Source: Candidatus Schekmanbacteria bacterium
GTDB taxonomy: Bacteria; CSSED10-310; JACPHN01
DNA length: 64,000 nucleotides
Assembly (NCBI GenBank): GCA_016188575.1
Contig: JACPHN010000012.1
Coordinates: 8,197 to 72,196, forward strand
Direction: 5' to 3'
In this document: in pieces, positions 8,872 to 18,294 of the stretch
How the letters are laid out: the number at the start of each line of letters is the position of its first letter
How positions within the stretch are numbered: position 1 is the stretch's first letter
The notes under the pieces: generated by a model
Seen by the model: only the letters and a program-made list of their open reading frames with translations
Databases searched by the model: none
Told to the model about the DNA's origin: nothing
Position numbers and translations under genes: made by a program

Positions 8872-10077
8872 ATGACCATGCGCGTCACGGAGACCGGGCA
8901 CTCATACGATTTTCCACCAACGACCCAAGCCCCGATCCACATTGTCCGGCGCGGCGAAACCCTGTCGGGCATCGCACGCGAGCACGGCACCACCTGGCAG
9001 GAGCTCGCGCGGTTCAACAACTTCCCCGATCCCAATCATATCGTCGCGGGTCAGGCCATCCGCATTCCGGAGACGGTCCGCGGCTCGACCCAGCTCGACG
9101 ACGCGCCGGCTCTGGCGCGCCGCCCAACCACGGACGGTTACGAGACCGCCGCCTCCGACCGCTACGGCATTGCGGCTGCCGCTGCCGCAGAGGGCGGTGA
9201 TGCCGGCGCCGTCCAGCACACCACGCTCAGACACGGGAGCCACTCAGCAGAAGTCACGCAAATGCAACTACGGCTCGCGGAGCTCGGCTTCCCTCCAGGG
9301 CCGGCGGATGGCGTTTTCGGACCGGAGACTCGCGCGGCCGTGCGTAGATTTCAGAAGGCGAATCTGCTTGCGGCCGACGGCGTCGTGGGACCGCTGACCT
9401 GGTCGGCTCTCGATGCGGGTCGCGCGGCCGCGCCGCCCGAGGCTTCGCCGACAGGGCCGACGGTACCAGCTCCGGCGCTTCCCATGGGCGGCTTTGACGG
9501 CTCGCACCCGGCGCGCGCGGTTAGCGGCGTGCGGCCGTGGCTTCCCGTCGACGCCCCACTCATCAATGGCGAGGGAGACCGTTCTGCGGCCAGCTACGAT
9601 CAGGTCATCAATCAGTTCGGCGTCGGCAGAAACCGGCGCTACGAAGTCAATCAGCAAGGGCGCGACGACACGTACTGCAACATCTTCTCCTGGGATGTGA
9701 CCCGCGCCATGGGCGCCGAGATTCCGCACTACGTGGATCGAGACGGTAACCCCATGACGCGCGAAGCGGCGCTGCGAACGCCCGGCTATCGCGAGCTGAG
9801 CGGCAATCGCACGGCGCGATGGCTCCGCGACCATGGCGAGGATCACGGCTGGCGAATCGTGACGGCAGAGGAGGCACAACGGCGCGCCAATCTCGGACAC
9901 CCAACCGTGGCAACCCGCGAGAACCCCTCGGGCGCCGGGCACATCGCCGTTGTCCGCCCCGGTGAGCTAACAGCAGACGGCCCTGCCATCGCACAGGCCG
10001 GCGGTCGCAACTTCAATCGGGGCCACGTCCGTGACGGCTTTCACGGCCGAGCTCCTGTCTACTATTCCCACGACTGA
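8872..10077 (+). CDS. LysM + peptidoglycan-binding + CHAP/NlpC-like peptidoglycan hydrolase
   Basis: LysM (HIVRRGETLSGIA), PG_binding_1 (DGVFGPET..FQ..DGVVGPLTW), catalytic Cys (TYCNIF) and His (GHIAVV). Confidence 0.8.
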   Translation: MTMRVTETGHSYDFPPTTQAPIHIVRRGETLSGIAREHGTTWQELARFNNFPDPNHIVAGQAIRIPETVRGSTQLDDAPALARRPTTDGYETAASDRYGIAAAAAAEGGDAGAVQHTTLRHGSHSAEVTQMQLRLAELGFPPGPADGVFGPETRAAVRRFQKANLLAADGVVGPLTWSALDAGRAAAPPEASPTGPTVPAPALPMGGFDGSHPARAVSGVRPWLPVDAPLINGEGDRSAASYDQVINQFGVGRNRRYEVNQQGRDDTYCNIFSWDVTRAMGAEIPHYVDRDGNPMTREAALRTPGYRELSGNRTARWLRDHGEDHGWRIVTAEEAQRRANLGHPTVATRENPSGAGHIAVVRPGELTADGPAIAQAGGRNFNRGHVRDGFHGRAPVYYSHD

Positions 10078-10125
10078 CGCACCACCGGCGACATCGCCGC
10101 TACCTCAGCGCCCCTGACTCCGCTC

Positions 10126-10614
10126 ATGCAAGGCAAACTTCGTGATCATTCCGGCTTCTATTACTTGCGGCCGCAAGGAATCGGCGCAGGATACACGGAG
10201 TACTTTGCTCTGTTTCGCGATGGCACCTGGCTTCAGAGCACCGAGCATCCGTGCCACGAGCACAATGAGCCGATTGACGAGCTCGTGCTGGCGCGCCGTG
10301 GCCAGTGGAGTGTCACCGAGAACCGACTCGCGATGATCGAAACCGAGCGCGACGTGTACAGGGGGGGCCGCTTCGACTGCCAGGGATTCTGGTGCGAACC
10401 GGCTGAAGGTCAGCTCCTCACTCTTCGAGACGATCTCGTGGTGGCTGTCGAGGAGGACCGGCTCAGCATCAGCATTGGCTCGGCCGCCACCGCCGGCGCT
10501 CGCGTGGCAACGCTCTGGATCGAAGGCACGCTGTACTTCAACCTGGGTGCTGCAGAGGACTTCGTTGACCCACCGGCGCCCTGCGGGCTTGACATCCGTA
10601 GGCCGTTGGCCTGA
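10126..10614 (+). CDS. Hypothetical protein
   Basis: ORF with coding-like composition. No recognisable motif and the start is uncertain. Confidence 0.4.
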   Translation: MQGKLRDHSGFYYLRPQGIGAGYTEYFALFRDGTWLQSTEHPCHEHNEPIDELVLARRGQWSVTENRLAMIETERDVYRGGRFDCQGFWCEPAEGQLLTLRDDLVVAVEEDRLSISIGSAATAGARVATLWIEGTLYFNLGAAEDFVDPPAPCGLDIRRPLA

Positions 10615-10727
10615 ATCTGAGCGCGATTTCGGGGCGAAATGTCGGCCTACGACAGGCTGGCCGAGCGGACCCACTTTTCGGACTGCCCCCGCCAACTGGC
10701 GGTCTTCCATTGTTGGAGCCACTATCG

Positions 10728-11207
10728 ATGAACGAAGCAGCCAAGAAAAAGGCCTTGCTCATGGTGCCCTACGGACTTCAGGTCCTCGGCGCCAAGAGCG
10801 GCGAGGCCATGAGCCTCTCCACGGTCAACTGGTGCACGCAATGCTCCTTCAAGCCGCCGCTCGTTGCGGTGGCGTTGAAAGTCGCGTCGCATACTCACGC
10901 TCTTGTCAAAGAGGGCGGCGCATTCTCGCTGAGCTTTCTCGGCACCGGGCAAAAAGATGTCGCATTTTCCTTCTTCAAGCATAGCCTGCCCGAAGGCAAC
11001 ACCATGGCCGGACACGCTTTCACCCTTTCTCCGGTGACGGCCTCGCCGGTTCTGCAAAGCGCGCCCGCCTGGGTTGAATGCCGAGTCGTTGGCTTCTACG
11101 AGCACGGCGATCATTCGCTCGTCGTGGGCGAGGTCGTGGAGGCGAGCGCCAACTTCGAGAGTGAGCCGCTTACCCTGAAAGAGGTTGGAGCAAAGTACGG
11201 CGGATGA
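10728..11207 (+). CDS. Flavin reductase family protein
   Basis: PYGL..QCSFKPPLV..GDHSLVVGEV motifs. Confidence 0.9.
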   Translation: MNEAAKKKALLMVPYGLQVLGAKSGEAMSLSTVNWCTQCSFKPPLVAVALKVASHTHALVKEGGAFSLSFLGTGQKDVAFSFFKHSLPEGNTMAGHAFTLSPVTASPVLQSAPAWVECRVVGFYEHGDHSLVVGEVVEASANFESEPLTLKEVGAKYGG

Positions 11208-13138
11208 GCACTGAAATTCGCACGACGACCTGCAACCGGGATTGCCCGGACGCATGCCACATCGAAGTCACGGTCGAGCATGGCCGCGCGGTGAAACTCG
11301 CGGGGAGCAAGCGACACCCCGTGACCAGCGGCTTCCTGTGTCTTCGCACCAACCGGTTCCTGGAGCGGCACGCATCCCCCGACCGGCTCACCGCGCCACT
11401 GCTGCGGAGGAACGGAGAGCTAGCTCCCGTGAGCTGGCAAGAGGCGCTCGACCATGCCGCAACAGAGCTTCTCCGGATCCGCGGAGAATCGGGTCCAGCA
11501 GCGATTTTCCATTACCGCAGCGGCGGTTCGCTAGGCCTGTTGAAACATCTGTGCGACTATTTCTTCGAGCGCTTCGGGCCGGTAACGACCAAGTCAGGCG
11601 ACATCTGCAGCGGTGCTGCCGAGGCCGCTCAGGAGCTTGATTTCGGGGTCAGCGACAGCAGTGACATTTTTCAACTGCTGCGCGCACGTCAAGTCATCCT
11701 GTGGGGGAAGAACATTGTCACCTCGAGCCCCCACCTGGTACCAATCCTGCGTGAGGCACGGGGGCGCGGAGCGGAAGCCGTGCTCATCGACCCCGTGTGG
11801 AACAAGACCGCGCAGCTTTGCGACCGCTTCTTGCAAGTCCGTCCGGGTGGAGATCTCCCGCTCGCGATGGCGGTTGCCCACATCCTCTTCGATTCGGGCT
11901 GGGTTGACCCCGCAGCCGCGTCGTATTGTGGCAATTTGGAGCAATTTCGCGAGCTCGCGACCTCCAGAAGCGTGGGCTCCTGGTGCGCAAGCGCCGATCT
12001 CCCTGTGACGGACGCCGCCGACCTTGCCCGCCGTCTGGGCTGCGCGGGTCCCGCAACCATCCTCGTAGGCTGGGGCATGGGCCGCCGGGCAGACGGGGGC
12101 AGCACCGTCCGGGCTCTGGATGCGCTCGCCGCGGTTTCGGGCAATCTCGGCATTCCCGGCGGCGGCGTGTCCTTCTATTACCGGCGCCGTGCCGCATTTG
12201 ACCTGTCTTTTCTCGGCGGTGCCGCACGCGCTCCACGAACGGTTTTCGAGCCGCAGCTCGGGGCCCAGCTAGAGGCTCTTGACGACCCACCGATCCGCGC
12301 CGTTTGGGTGACCGCCGGCAATCCCGTGGCGATGCTCCCAGACTCGGCTCGCACCGACCGGGCGCTGCGCCAGCGGGAGCTTGTTGTTGTCGTCGACAGC
12401 TTTCTCACCGACACCGGCCGCGCCGCAACCCTGGTCCTTCCGACGACAACGATGCTCGAAGACGATGACATCGTTGGCGCCTATGGACACCATTGGCTCG
12501 GCGAGGTACGCCCCGCCTGCGACCGTCTGCAGGGAGTCCGCACCGACCTGGAAATCATGCAGGAGCTGGCGGCGCGCGTGGGGTTGGGAGCCGTGCTGGC
12601 GGGTTCAGCACGTGACTGGAAGCAGCGGCTCCTCGCCGTGGAGGGTGGGCAGCAACCCGTCTCTCTGGATCAGGTGTCGGCAGGGCCGATTCGCAACCCC
12701 CTGGCGCCCGACGTGCTCTTCGCGGATCGGCGCTTTCCGACGCCGAGTGGGCGAGTAAACCTCATGGCGGAGCTCCCGCCGCTTCCGGAGGTGCCGGCGC
12801 CCAGCACAGCCTTCCCGCTGCTGCTGTTGTCCATCTCCACCCCGCGTTCCCAGAGCTCGCAGCAGACTGATGCGTTGGCTGTGCCCGCGCCGGCCACCGT
12901 GCATCCGGATAGCGCTTGCGGCTTGGGCGCCGGTTCGGTCTGCCGTCTCGTCTCCCCCATCGGCACCATGGAGGTAACCTTGGTCCTCGACCACCGCCAA
13001 CGCAAAGATGTCGTCCTGCTGCCCAAAGGAGGACACTTCCATTCCGGGCACTGCGCCAACGCCCTGATCGGCGGGCGGCCAACCGATCTCGGTGGAGGTG
13101 GTGCCATTCACAGCGAGTATGTTCACATCGAGGCGTGA
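11204..13138 (+). CDS. Molybdopterin-dependent oxidoreductase
   Basis: N-terminal CNRDCPDAC Fe-S motif, GFLC, NP.AMLP and VVDSFLTDT. ATGA overlap with the flavin reductase. Confidence 0.9.
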   Translation: MSTEIRTTTCNRDCPDACHIEVTVEHGRAVKLAGSKRHPVTSGFLCLRTNRFLERHASPDRLTAPLLRRNGELAPVSWQEALDHAATELLRIRGESGPAAIFHYRSGGSLGLLKHLCDYFFERFGPVTTKSGDICSGAAEAAQELDFGVSDSSDIFQLLRARQVILWGKNIVTSSPHLVPILREARGRGAEAVLIDPVWNKTAQLCDRFLQVRPGGDLPLAMAVAHILFDSGWVDPAAASYCGNLEQFRELATSRSVGSWCASADLPVTDAADLARRLGCAGPATILVGWGMGRRADGGSTVRALDALAAVSGNLGIPGGGVSFYYRRRAAFDLSFLGGAARAPRTVFEPQLGAQLEALDDPPIRAVWVTAGNPVAMLPDSARTDRALRQRELVVVVDSFLTDTGRAATLVLPTTTMLEDDDIVGAYGHHWLGEVRPACDRLQGVRTDLEIMQELAARVGLGAVLAGSARDWKQRLLAVEGGQQPVSLDQVSAGPIRNPLAPDVLFADRRFPTPSGRVNLMAELPPLPEVPAPSTAFPLLLLSISTPRSQSSQQTDALAVPAPATVHPDSACGLGAGSVCRLVSPIGTMEVTLVLDHRQRKDVVLLPKGGHFHSGHCANALIGGRPTDLGGGGAIHSEYVHIEA

Positions 13139-13195
13139 CCGACAGGTCGAAGCATTTCGTTCAGCCTGGCGGGGCTCTGATTCGGATGAGGAAGG

Positions 13196-14368
13196 ATGAG
13201 CGCCTGGATTCCGTTTCACAAACCGGATATCGGCGAAGAGGAAATAGGCGCTGTTGTCGATTGCCTGCGCAGTGGATGGCTGACGACGGGACCGAGAACG
13301 GCGGCGTTCGAAAACGACTTCGCGAGCTACCTCGGAGTACGCCGTGCCGTGGCGGTCAGCTCCTGCACGGCGGCGCTCCACCTTGGGCTGCTCGCGGCTG
13401 GCATCGGTCCGGGTGACGAGGTGGTAACGACGCCGTTCACTTTTCCAGCGACTGTCAATGTCATTCTCCATGCCGGCGCCAAACCGGTCTTTGCGGACAT
13501 CGACCGTGAGACGCTGAATATCTCCGTTGCCGCCGCTGAGCAGTGCATCAGCCGCCGCACCAAGGCGCTAGTGCCAGTCCATTACGCGGGACGTGCATGC
13601 CCCATCCGAGAGCTCCGAGCGCTCGCTGAGCACCACGGCCTGTATCTGCTACAGGATGCAGCCCATGCCATAGAGACCGCGGTGGAGGGACGATCCGTGG
13701 CGGGCTACGGACACGCCGCAGCCTACAGCTTCTACGCCACCAAGAACATCTCGACAGCCGAGGGCGGCATGTTGGCCAGCGACGACGAGGAGATCGCGAA
13801 TCGCGTGCGATTGCTGCGCCTGCACGGCATCTCGCGCGACGCCTGGAAGCGATATCGAGAGCCCGGCCACGGTTTGTTCACCTGCGAGGCCGTGGGGTTC
13901 AAGTGCAATCTCACGGACGTTCAGTCCGCGCTCGGGCTCGCGCAATTGAAGCGCATCGACGAGCTATGGGAAAAACGCCGGCGACGGTCACAGGAATACG
14001 ACCGCCTGCTGGGCAGCGCCTTGCCCGATGTCGCATGCGTTTGCCGTGTCGCCGAAGACTCGCGAGTCAGCCGCCACGCGCACCACCTGTACGTCGTCCT
14101 GTTGCCGCTCGAACAGCTCTTCGCCGACCGCGACACCATCATGCGCGCGATGGAAGAAGAGGGCATCGGCGTCAGCTTGCATTTCCAGCCGCTGCATGAA
14201 ATGCCACTCTACGCAAAGCTCCTTGGAACGTGCGCCGATGACTGTCCGGCCGCGAGCTGGGCGGGGCAGCGCTGCCTCTCATTGCCACTGTACCCGGGCC
14301 TCGAGAGCAGCGACCAGAGCCGCATCGTTGATTCGCTCGTCCGAGTACTTGACCGATTCCGGAGATAG
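13196..14368 (+). CDS. DegT/DnrJ/EryC1/StrS family PLP aminotransferase
   Basis: SGWLTTGP, SCTAALHL, DAAHA, SFYATKN..EGG. Confidence 0.95.
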   Translation: MSAWIPFHKPDIGEEEIGAVVDCLRSGWLTTGPRTAAFENDFASYLGVRRAVAVSSCTAALHLGLLAAGIGPGDEVVTTPFTFPATVNVILHAGAKPVFADIDRETLNISVAAAEQCISRRTKALVPVHYAGRACPIRELRALAEHHGLYLLQDAAHAIETAVEGRSVAGYGHAAAYSFYATKNISTAEGGMLASDDEEIANRVRLLRLHGISRDAWKRYREPGHGLFTCEAVGFKCNLTDVQSALGLAQLKRIDELWEKRRRRSQEYDRLLGSALPDVACVCRVAEDSRVSRHAHHLYVVLLPLEQLFADRDTIMRAMEEEGIGVSLHFQPLHEMPLYAKLLGTCADDCPAASWAGQRCLSLPLYPGLESSDQSRIVDSLVRVLDRFRR

Positions 14369-14386
14369 CCCGATAGTACATCCATC

Positions 14387-14683
14387 ATGGCGAACACGTG
14401 GAATGAAATCGTCGTTGTCTGTCCGGGGCACATGGGCTTTGCCCAGATGCACGCCGCCAACGCCATTGTTTCGCACGCGCTTGGCGAAAGCGTCTCCTTG
14501 CGCTTTTCCATGACCGAGCAGGGGGTGTTCGTGGGCTCGCACGTCAGCAGCTCGCCGCTCCAGGGCATCGAGACGATTCAGGAGGCACTGGAGACGGTCG
14601 CAACAGCCGGCGGGCAACTCCCTCTCTTGCTGCTGCTCCTCCATGACGGTGCACTTCGCTACCAGTTGTCTGGAACTTTCTAA
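14387..14683 (+). CDS. Small hypothetical protein
   Basis: Co-directional ORF 18 nt after the aminotransferase stop. No motif. Confidence 0.4.
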   Translation: MANTWNEIVVVCPGHMGFAQMHAANAIVSHALGESVSLRFSMTEQGVFVGSHVSSSPLQGIETIQEALETVATAGGQLPLLLLLLHDGALRYQLSGTF

Positions 14684-14741
14684 GGCACCGCTGGCGCCTG
14701 GCGCAGACGCCTCGTTGAAAGCGTGGCAATCGCGGAGAGCG

Positions 14742-16685
14742 CTACCTTGAAGGCGCCGTCACGCCGCCCACTGCCGGAGGAGCATCAGGTTGCGCCGGTA
14801 GGCGTACCGTAAGGACCGCCCCACCGGCTTGTCGGTTAGCCGCCCGTATCGAGCCTCGGTGGTCGGAGATGATGCGATGCGCGATCGCCAGGCCGAGGCC
14901 GGTGCCGCCTGCTTTCGTGGTGAAATACGGCGTAAAGACCTTTTCGAGCGCATCGCTCGAGATTCCGGTCCCGGTGTCCTCGACGGATACCTCGACGCCG
15001 GCGAATCCAGCGCCGTCTCCGGCCGCGTCCGGTGTTGCCTGCGGCGCAGATAGCGCCGACGTGCTGATCGTTAGCACGCCGCCATTCGGCATGGCATCCA
15101 CAGCGTTGGCGATGAGATTGATGAACACCTGTGACAGCAGCTCGGGATCCGCGGCGATTGGCGCCGGCGCCGATAGACGTGACGTAATCTCGATGCTCTC
15201 GGGAAGTCCTGAGTACAGCCCCATGCTTCGCTGCACTACGTCGTCCACCGAGCACGGCTGAAAGCTGGGAGATGGCAGCCGCGCAAACTGCGAGAACTCG
15301 TTGACGATGCGCTTCAGTCTGTCCACTTCCTCGAGAATCGTTTCCGTGCTTTCGGTAAAAATCTCGGCGAAATCCGGGTGAGAGCGCGTGTACGCCTTTT
15401 GCATGCTCTGGATGGAGAGCTGGATGGGGAACAATGGGTTCTTGATTTCGTGAGCAATGCGCTGTGCGATTTCCCGCCAGGCGGCTACCCGCTCCGCTTG
15501 CTTCAGCCGCTGCTCCGCGGACGACAGGTCGCGAGTCATGCTGTTGAAGGCGCGCATGAGCTCGCCGATCTCGTCACGGCGTGCTGTTGGCAGGGCGAGC
15601 TCGCGATCTCCCCTCGCTACGAGCGCAGCGGCCTCGCGTAAACTCGCCAGCGGTGCCGTCAGGCGCCGGGCGAGCAGCAGAGCAGTCCCGGCGGCCATCG
15701 GTACGCCGAGTGCAGCAATGACCCAAAAGGCTCGCTGCAACTGCCCGAGCATCTGGCCGAGCTCGCTGTTGGAGAACACGACGACCAGCCCGAATCCGGG
15801 GCTCTCGGCCACCGGCACGCTGCCCGTGGTGGTGGCTTCCGGACCAGCTCTGCCCAGCGGTACTCTGCGCGCCGCGAGGCCGGGTCCCGCAAGCGAGACG
15901 CGTCCCGTGGTGACTGAGTCCGGTGTGCGCGCCTCGAAAAGGCGCTCGGAATCGCGAGCGATTGCGAGCAACGACGCGCTGGAACCGCTCTGCCCGCCGG
16001 CTTGCGCGGTCGCCGGAAGCTCCACCGCTCCGGTCGAGGCCAGCCAGACCCGCGGCCCCATGCGGATCAGGATTTGAACGTTGAAGATCTCCTCAAGGCG
16101 CTGCAGTTCCTTCTCGTCGTACCAGGCACCGCCGGCGAGGAAGAAGGCCACGCTTCCAGAGCGCACCTCGTGGACCGCCTGCAGCGTCGGGCGCTCCACG
16201 CCGCCGGGACGTCCTTCCACGCGCAGCGAAACCTTGCCGGGCTGCTTCACCTGCCGCCGGTCGTCCGCGTCCACGTACCCGAATCTGGCCGGCCAATGTG
16301 CGCTGGACAGGAGCTGCCCGTTCTCGTCGACGATGTCGAGGACCTGCAAGTCGAGTCCTTGCGCGAGCCTGCCCGCAAGTCCAAAGGCCGCGCCTGGGTC
16401 CGGGCGACCCTGCTGGGCAGCCAGCAGCAAGCGGCGCATCTCGTCGCGCTCCGCAGCCGCGGCGACGCGCCGCTCGATCAGCGCAGCCTCCTCTTCGAAG
16501 GTGCGGCGAATCAGGCGCACCGTACGTTCCATTCGCAAGAGCGCAACATCGTCGAACTGGCGGGAGACCAGGTGGGCCCCGAGCAAGGCGAAGCCCAGGA
16601 TCGCAACCACGACCACCACCGCAAACGCCATGCCCATCTTGGCGCCGAGCGAGCCGATCAAGATCCGGGCGAGGGACGCTCTCAC
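14742..16685 (-). CDS. HAMP-domain sensor histidine kinase (NtrY-like)
   Basis: Two TM segments, HAMP, H-box AHEIKNPL, N-box, DTGTG, FTTK..GTGLGL. GTGA overlap with the upstream stop. Confidence 0.9.
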   Translation of the reverse strand: MRASLARILIGSLGAKMGMAFAVVVVVAILGFALLGAHLVSRQFDDVALLRMERTVRLIRRTFEEEAALIERRVAAAAERDEMRRLLLAAQQGRPDPGAAFGLAGRLAQGLDLQVLDIVDENGQLLSSAHWPARFGYVDADDRRQVKQPGKVSLRVEGRPGGVERPTLQAVHEVRSGSVAFFLAGGAWYDEKELQRLEEIFNVQILIRMGPRVWLASTGAVELPATAQAGGQSGSSASLLAIARDSERLFEARTPDSVTTGRVSLAGPGLAARRVPLGRAGPEATTTGSVPVAESPGFGLVVVFSNSELGQMLGQLQRAFWVIAALGVPMAAGTALLLARRLTAPLASLREAAALVARGDRELALPTARRDEIGELMRAFNSMTRDLSSAEQRLKQAERVAAWREIAQRIAHEIKNPLFPIQLSIQSMQKAYTRSHPDFAEIFTESTETILEEVDRLKRIVNEFSQFARLPSPSFQPCSVDDVVQRSMGLYSGLPESIEITSRLSAPAPIAADPELLSQVFINLIANAVDAMPNGGVLTISTSALSAPQATPDAAGDGAGFAGVEVSVEDTGTGISSDALEKVFTPYFTTKAGGTGLGLAIAHRIISDHRGSIRAANRQAGGAVLTVRLPAQPDAPPAVGGVTAPSR

Positions 16686-18286
16686 GGACCTCGACGCTCC
16701 TTTCGCACGGGTTCCCGTTGGAGCCAGGCATTTTCGAGCAGCGGCACCTGTTCCACCGGGTCGAGCGCAACACCGATAAGCTCTTTGGCCATTGCATAGG
16801 CTGTGACAGGATGGTACAGCGGGACCAACAGTGCCTCGTCTTGGAGCTGCACGTCCAGGCGCAGGATCGCCAACGCGGCCCCAGCCTGGTCTGTCGCGTG
16901 CGGCCAGTCTGCCCACGCAGGCGGGCGCCCAGCGGCCGCACCCCGACTCCTGTAATCGCCTGCCATCTTCAATGCCAACAGCGCTAGCTCGGGCTCCAGG
17001 GTAGGAGGAACCCACTCTTCGATTGCCAGTCCTGGAGGCGGCGACTGCTCGTCAGCGCCGCCCCGCGCCCGCCCCAGGCTGGGTATTCCGGCCTGCAAGA
17101 GGTTCACCGCGACGCGATCCACAACCGACTGTGGGACGGAAAAATCGGGCGAAAAGAAGATCGACAACGGAGGCATGCGGGCGGCAGTGCGCGGAAGTGG
17201 GGTTTTCTCGCCGGGGTTGGCGGAGTCGTGCGGCGGCTCCGGAAGGGGCAGGATGGACGGCGGCAGCAGCGTCGATGCCACCACGCCCTGCCCCCCGAGC
17301 AGCACATCTACCAAGGACCTACGGTCCAGGATTCCCCGTAGCTCCACGGCGCGGCCTGCGTCGATCGGCGCCCCGGAGCCCGGTCGCAATGCCAGGACAA
17401 CGGTTGTTGCGGCCGTGCTCGTTAGCACCCCCAGCCGGGCCGCGGCGCTCTCCGCTGCAAGCTGCACGGGATCTGCGCGGGCAACATCCAGATCGCCGAG
17501 ACCGACCCGAAGTACGTGGTCTCGCGCCGCCGTGATCACATATTCGACGCCATCCAAATACGGTCGCCCGCGCGCGTGGCGCACGAAGGGTATGAGCGTG
17601 GTGCCGTCAGCGCCGAGCACAAACGGCCCGGAGGTCGCGATGACCGGTGCAGGCCCACTGTCACGTCCGCCGCGCCGAACAATCGCCATCCAGGGCAGCG
17701 CCAGTCGCCAGATGAACGACGGATCGTCGCGGTCGAGCGTCACGGAAATCCCCGGAGCGCTCGTTACCGCGATGCCGGCCAGATGGGGCGAAGACCCAGA
17801 AGCGAATTCTGCGAAACCGGCGACCGGATCGAGCGTCCACGCGTAACTCGGGTGGCGCGCCACCGCTTCAAGGCTGGCGCGCACGTCATCCGGCAAAAGC
17901 GGCGACCCATCGGAGAAGCGAAGGCGCGCATCGAGCACCAAGTCAATGCGGCGACCTGACACTTTCACATCCGATGCCAGATCCGGTTCAACTCGCCCAT
18001 CTCGAATGCGCACGAGATGCCCGTGGATTTGCCGAGCAACCACGCGCTCGTCGGCGGCGAATGGCCAGCCCAGCGGCTCCAGCACCGCCTGGCTCGGTCG
18101 CTCGCTGACCGCGACCCTGATAATGCCTCCATAGGCGGCACCCACACGAGCGGTTGCCTCCTGGGCGAATTCGCCCAGGAGCAACGCCCCGCCCAGCAGC
18201 ACCCGCAGCGCGACTCCGCTTGGTTTGGCGACGCCCCTCAGGCGCACGCGGTACCGTTCCGGCATGGCAGTGCGCCCGTTCGACAT
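16682..18286 (-). CDS. ABC-type solute-binding protein, family 5
   Basis: PDLA..RFSDGSPL..DVRASL and GPF motifs, hydrophobic N-terminus. Confidence 0.75.
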   Translation of the reverse strand: MSNGRTAMPERYRVRLRGVAKPSGVALRVLLGGALLLGEFAQEATARVGAAYGGIIRVAVSERPSQAVLEPLGWPFAADERVVARQIHGHLVRIRDGRVEPDLASDVKVSGRRIDLVLDARLRFSDGSPLLPDDVRASLEAVARHPSYAWTLDPVAGFAEFASGSSPHLAGIAVTSAPGISVTLDRDDPSFIWRLALPWMAIVRRGGRDSGPAPVIATSGPFVLGADGTTLIPFVRHARGRPYLDGVEYVITAARDHVLRVGLGDLDVARADPVQLAAESAAARLGVLTSTAATTVVLALRPGSGAPIDAGRAVELRGILDRRSLVDVLLGGQGVVASTLLPPSILPLPEPPHDSANPGEKTPLPRTAARMPPLSIFFSPDFSVPQSVVDRVAVNLLQAGIPSLGRARGGADEQSPPPGLAIEEWVPPTLEPELALLALKMAGDYRSRGAAAGRPPAWADWPHATDQAGAALAILRLDVQLQDEALLVPLYHPVTAYAMAKELIGVALDPVEQVPLLENAWLQREPVRKERRGP

Positions 18287-18294
18287 GTCGATCG

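Noticed and set aside
10075-10128. Stop-codon readthrough or selenocysteine joining 8872-10077 to the in-frame ORF 10126-10614
   Set aside because: The frame is open across the gap, but YYSHD looks like a natural domain end and I could not identify a SECIS-like hairpin.
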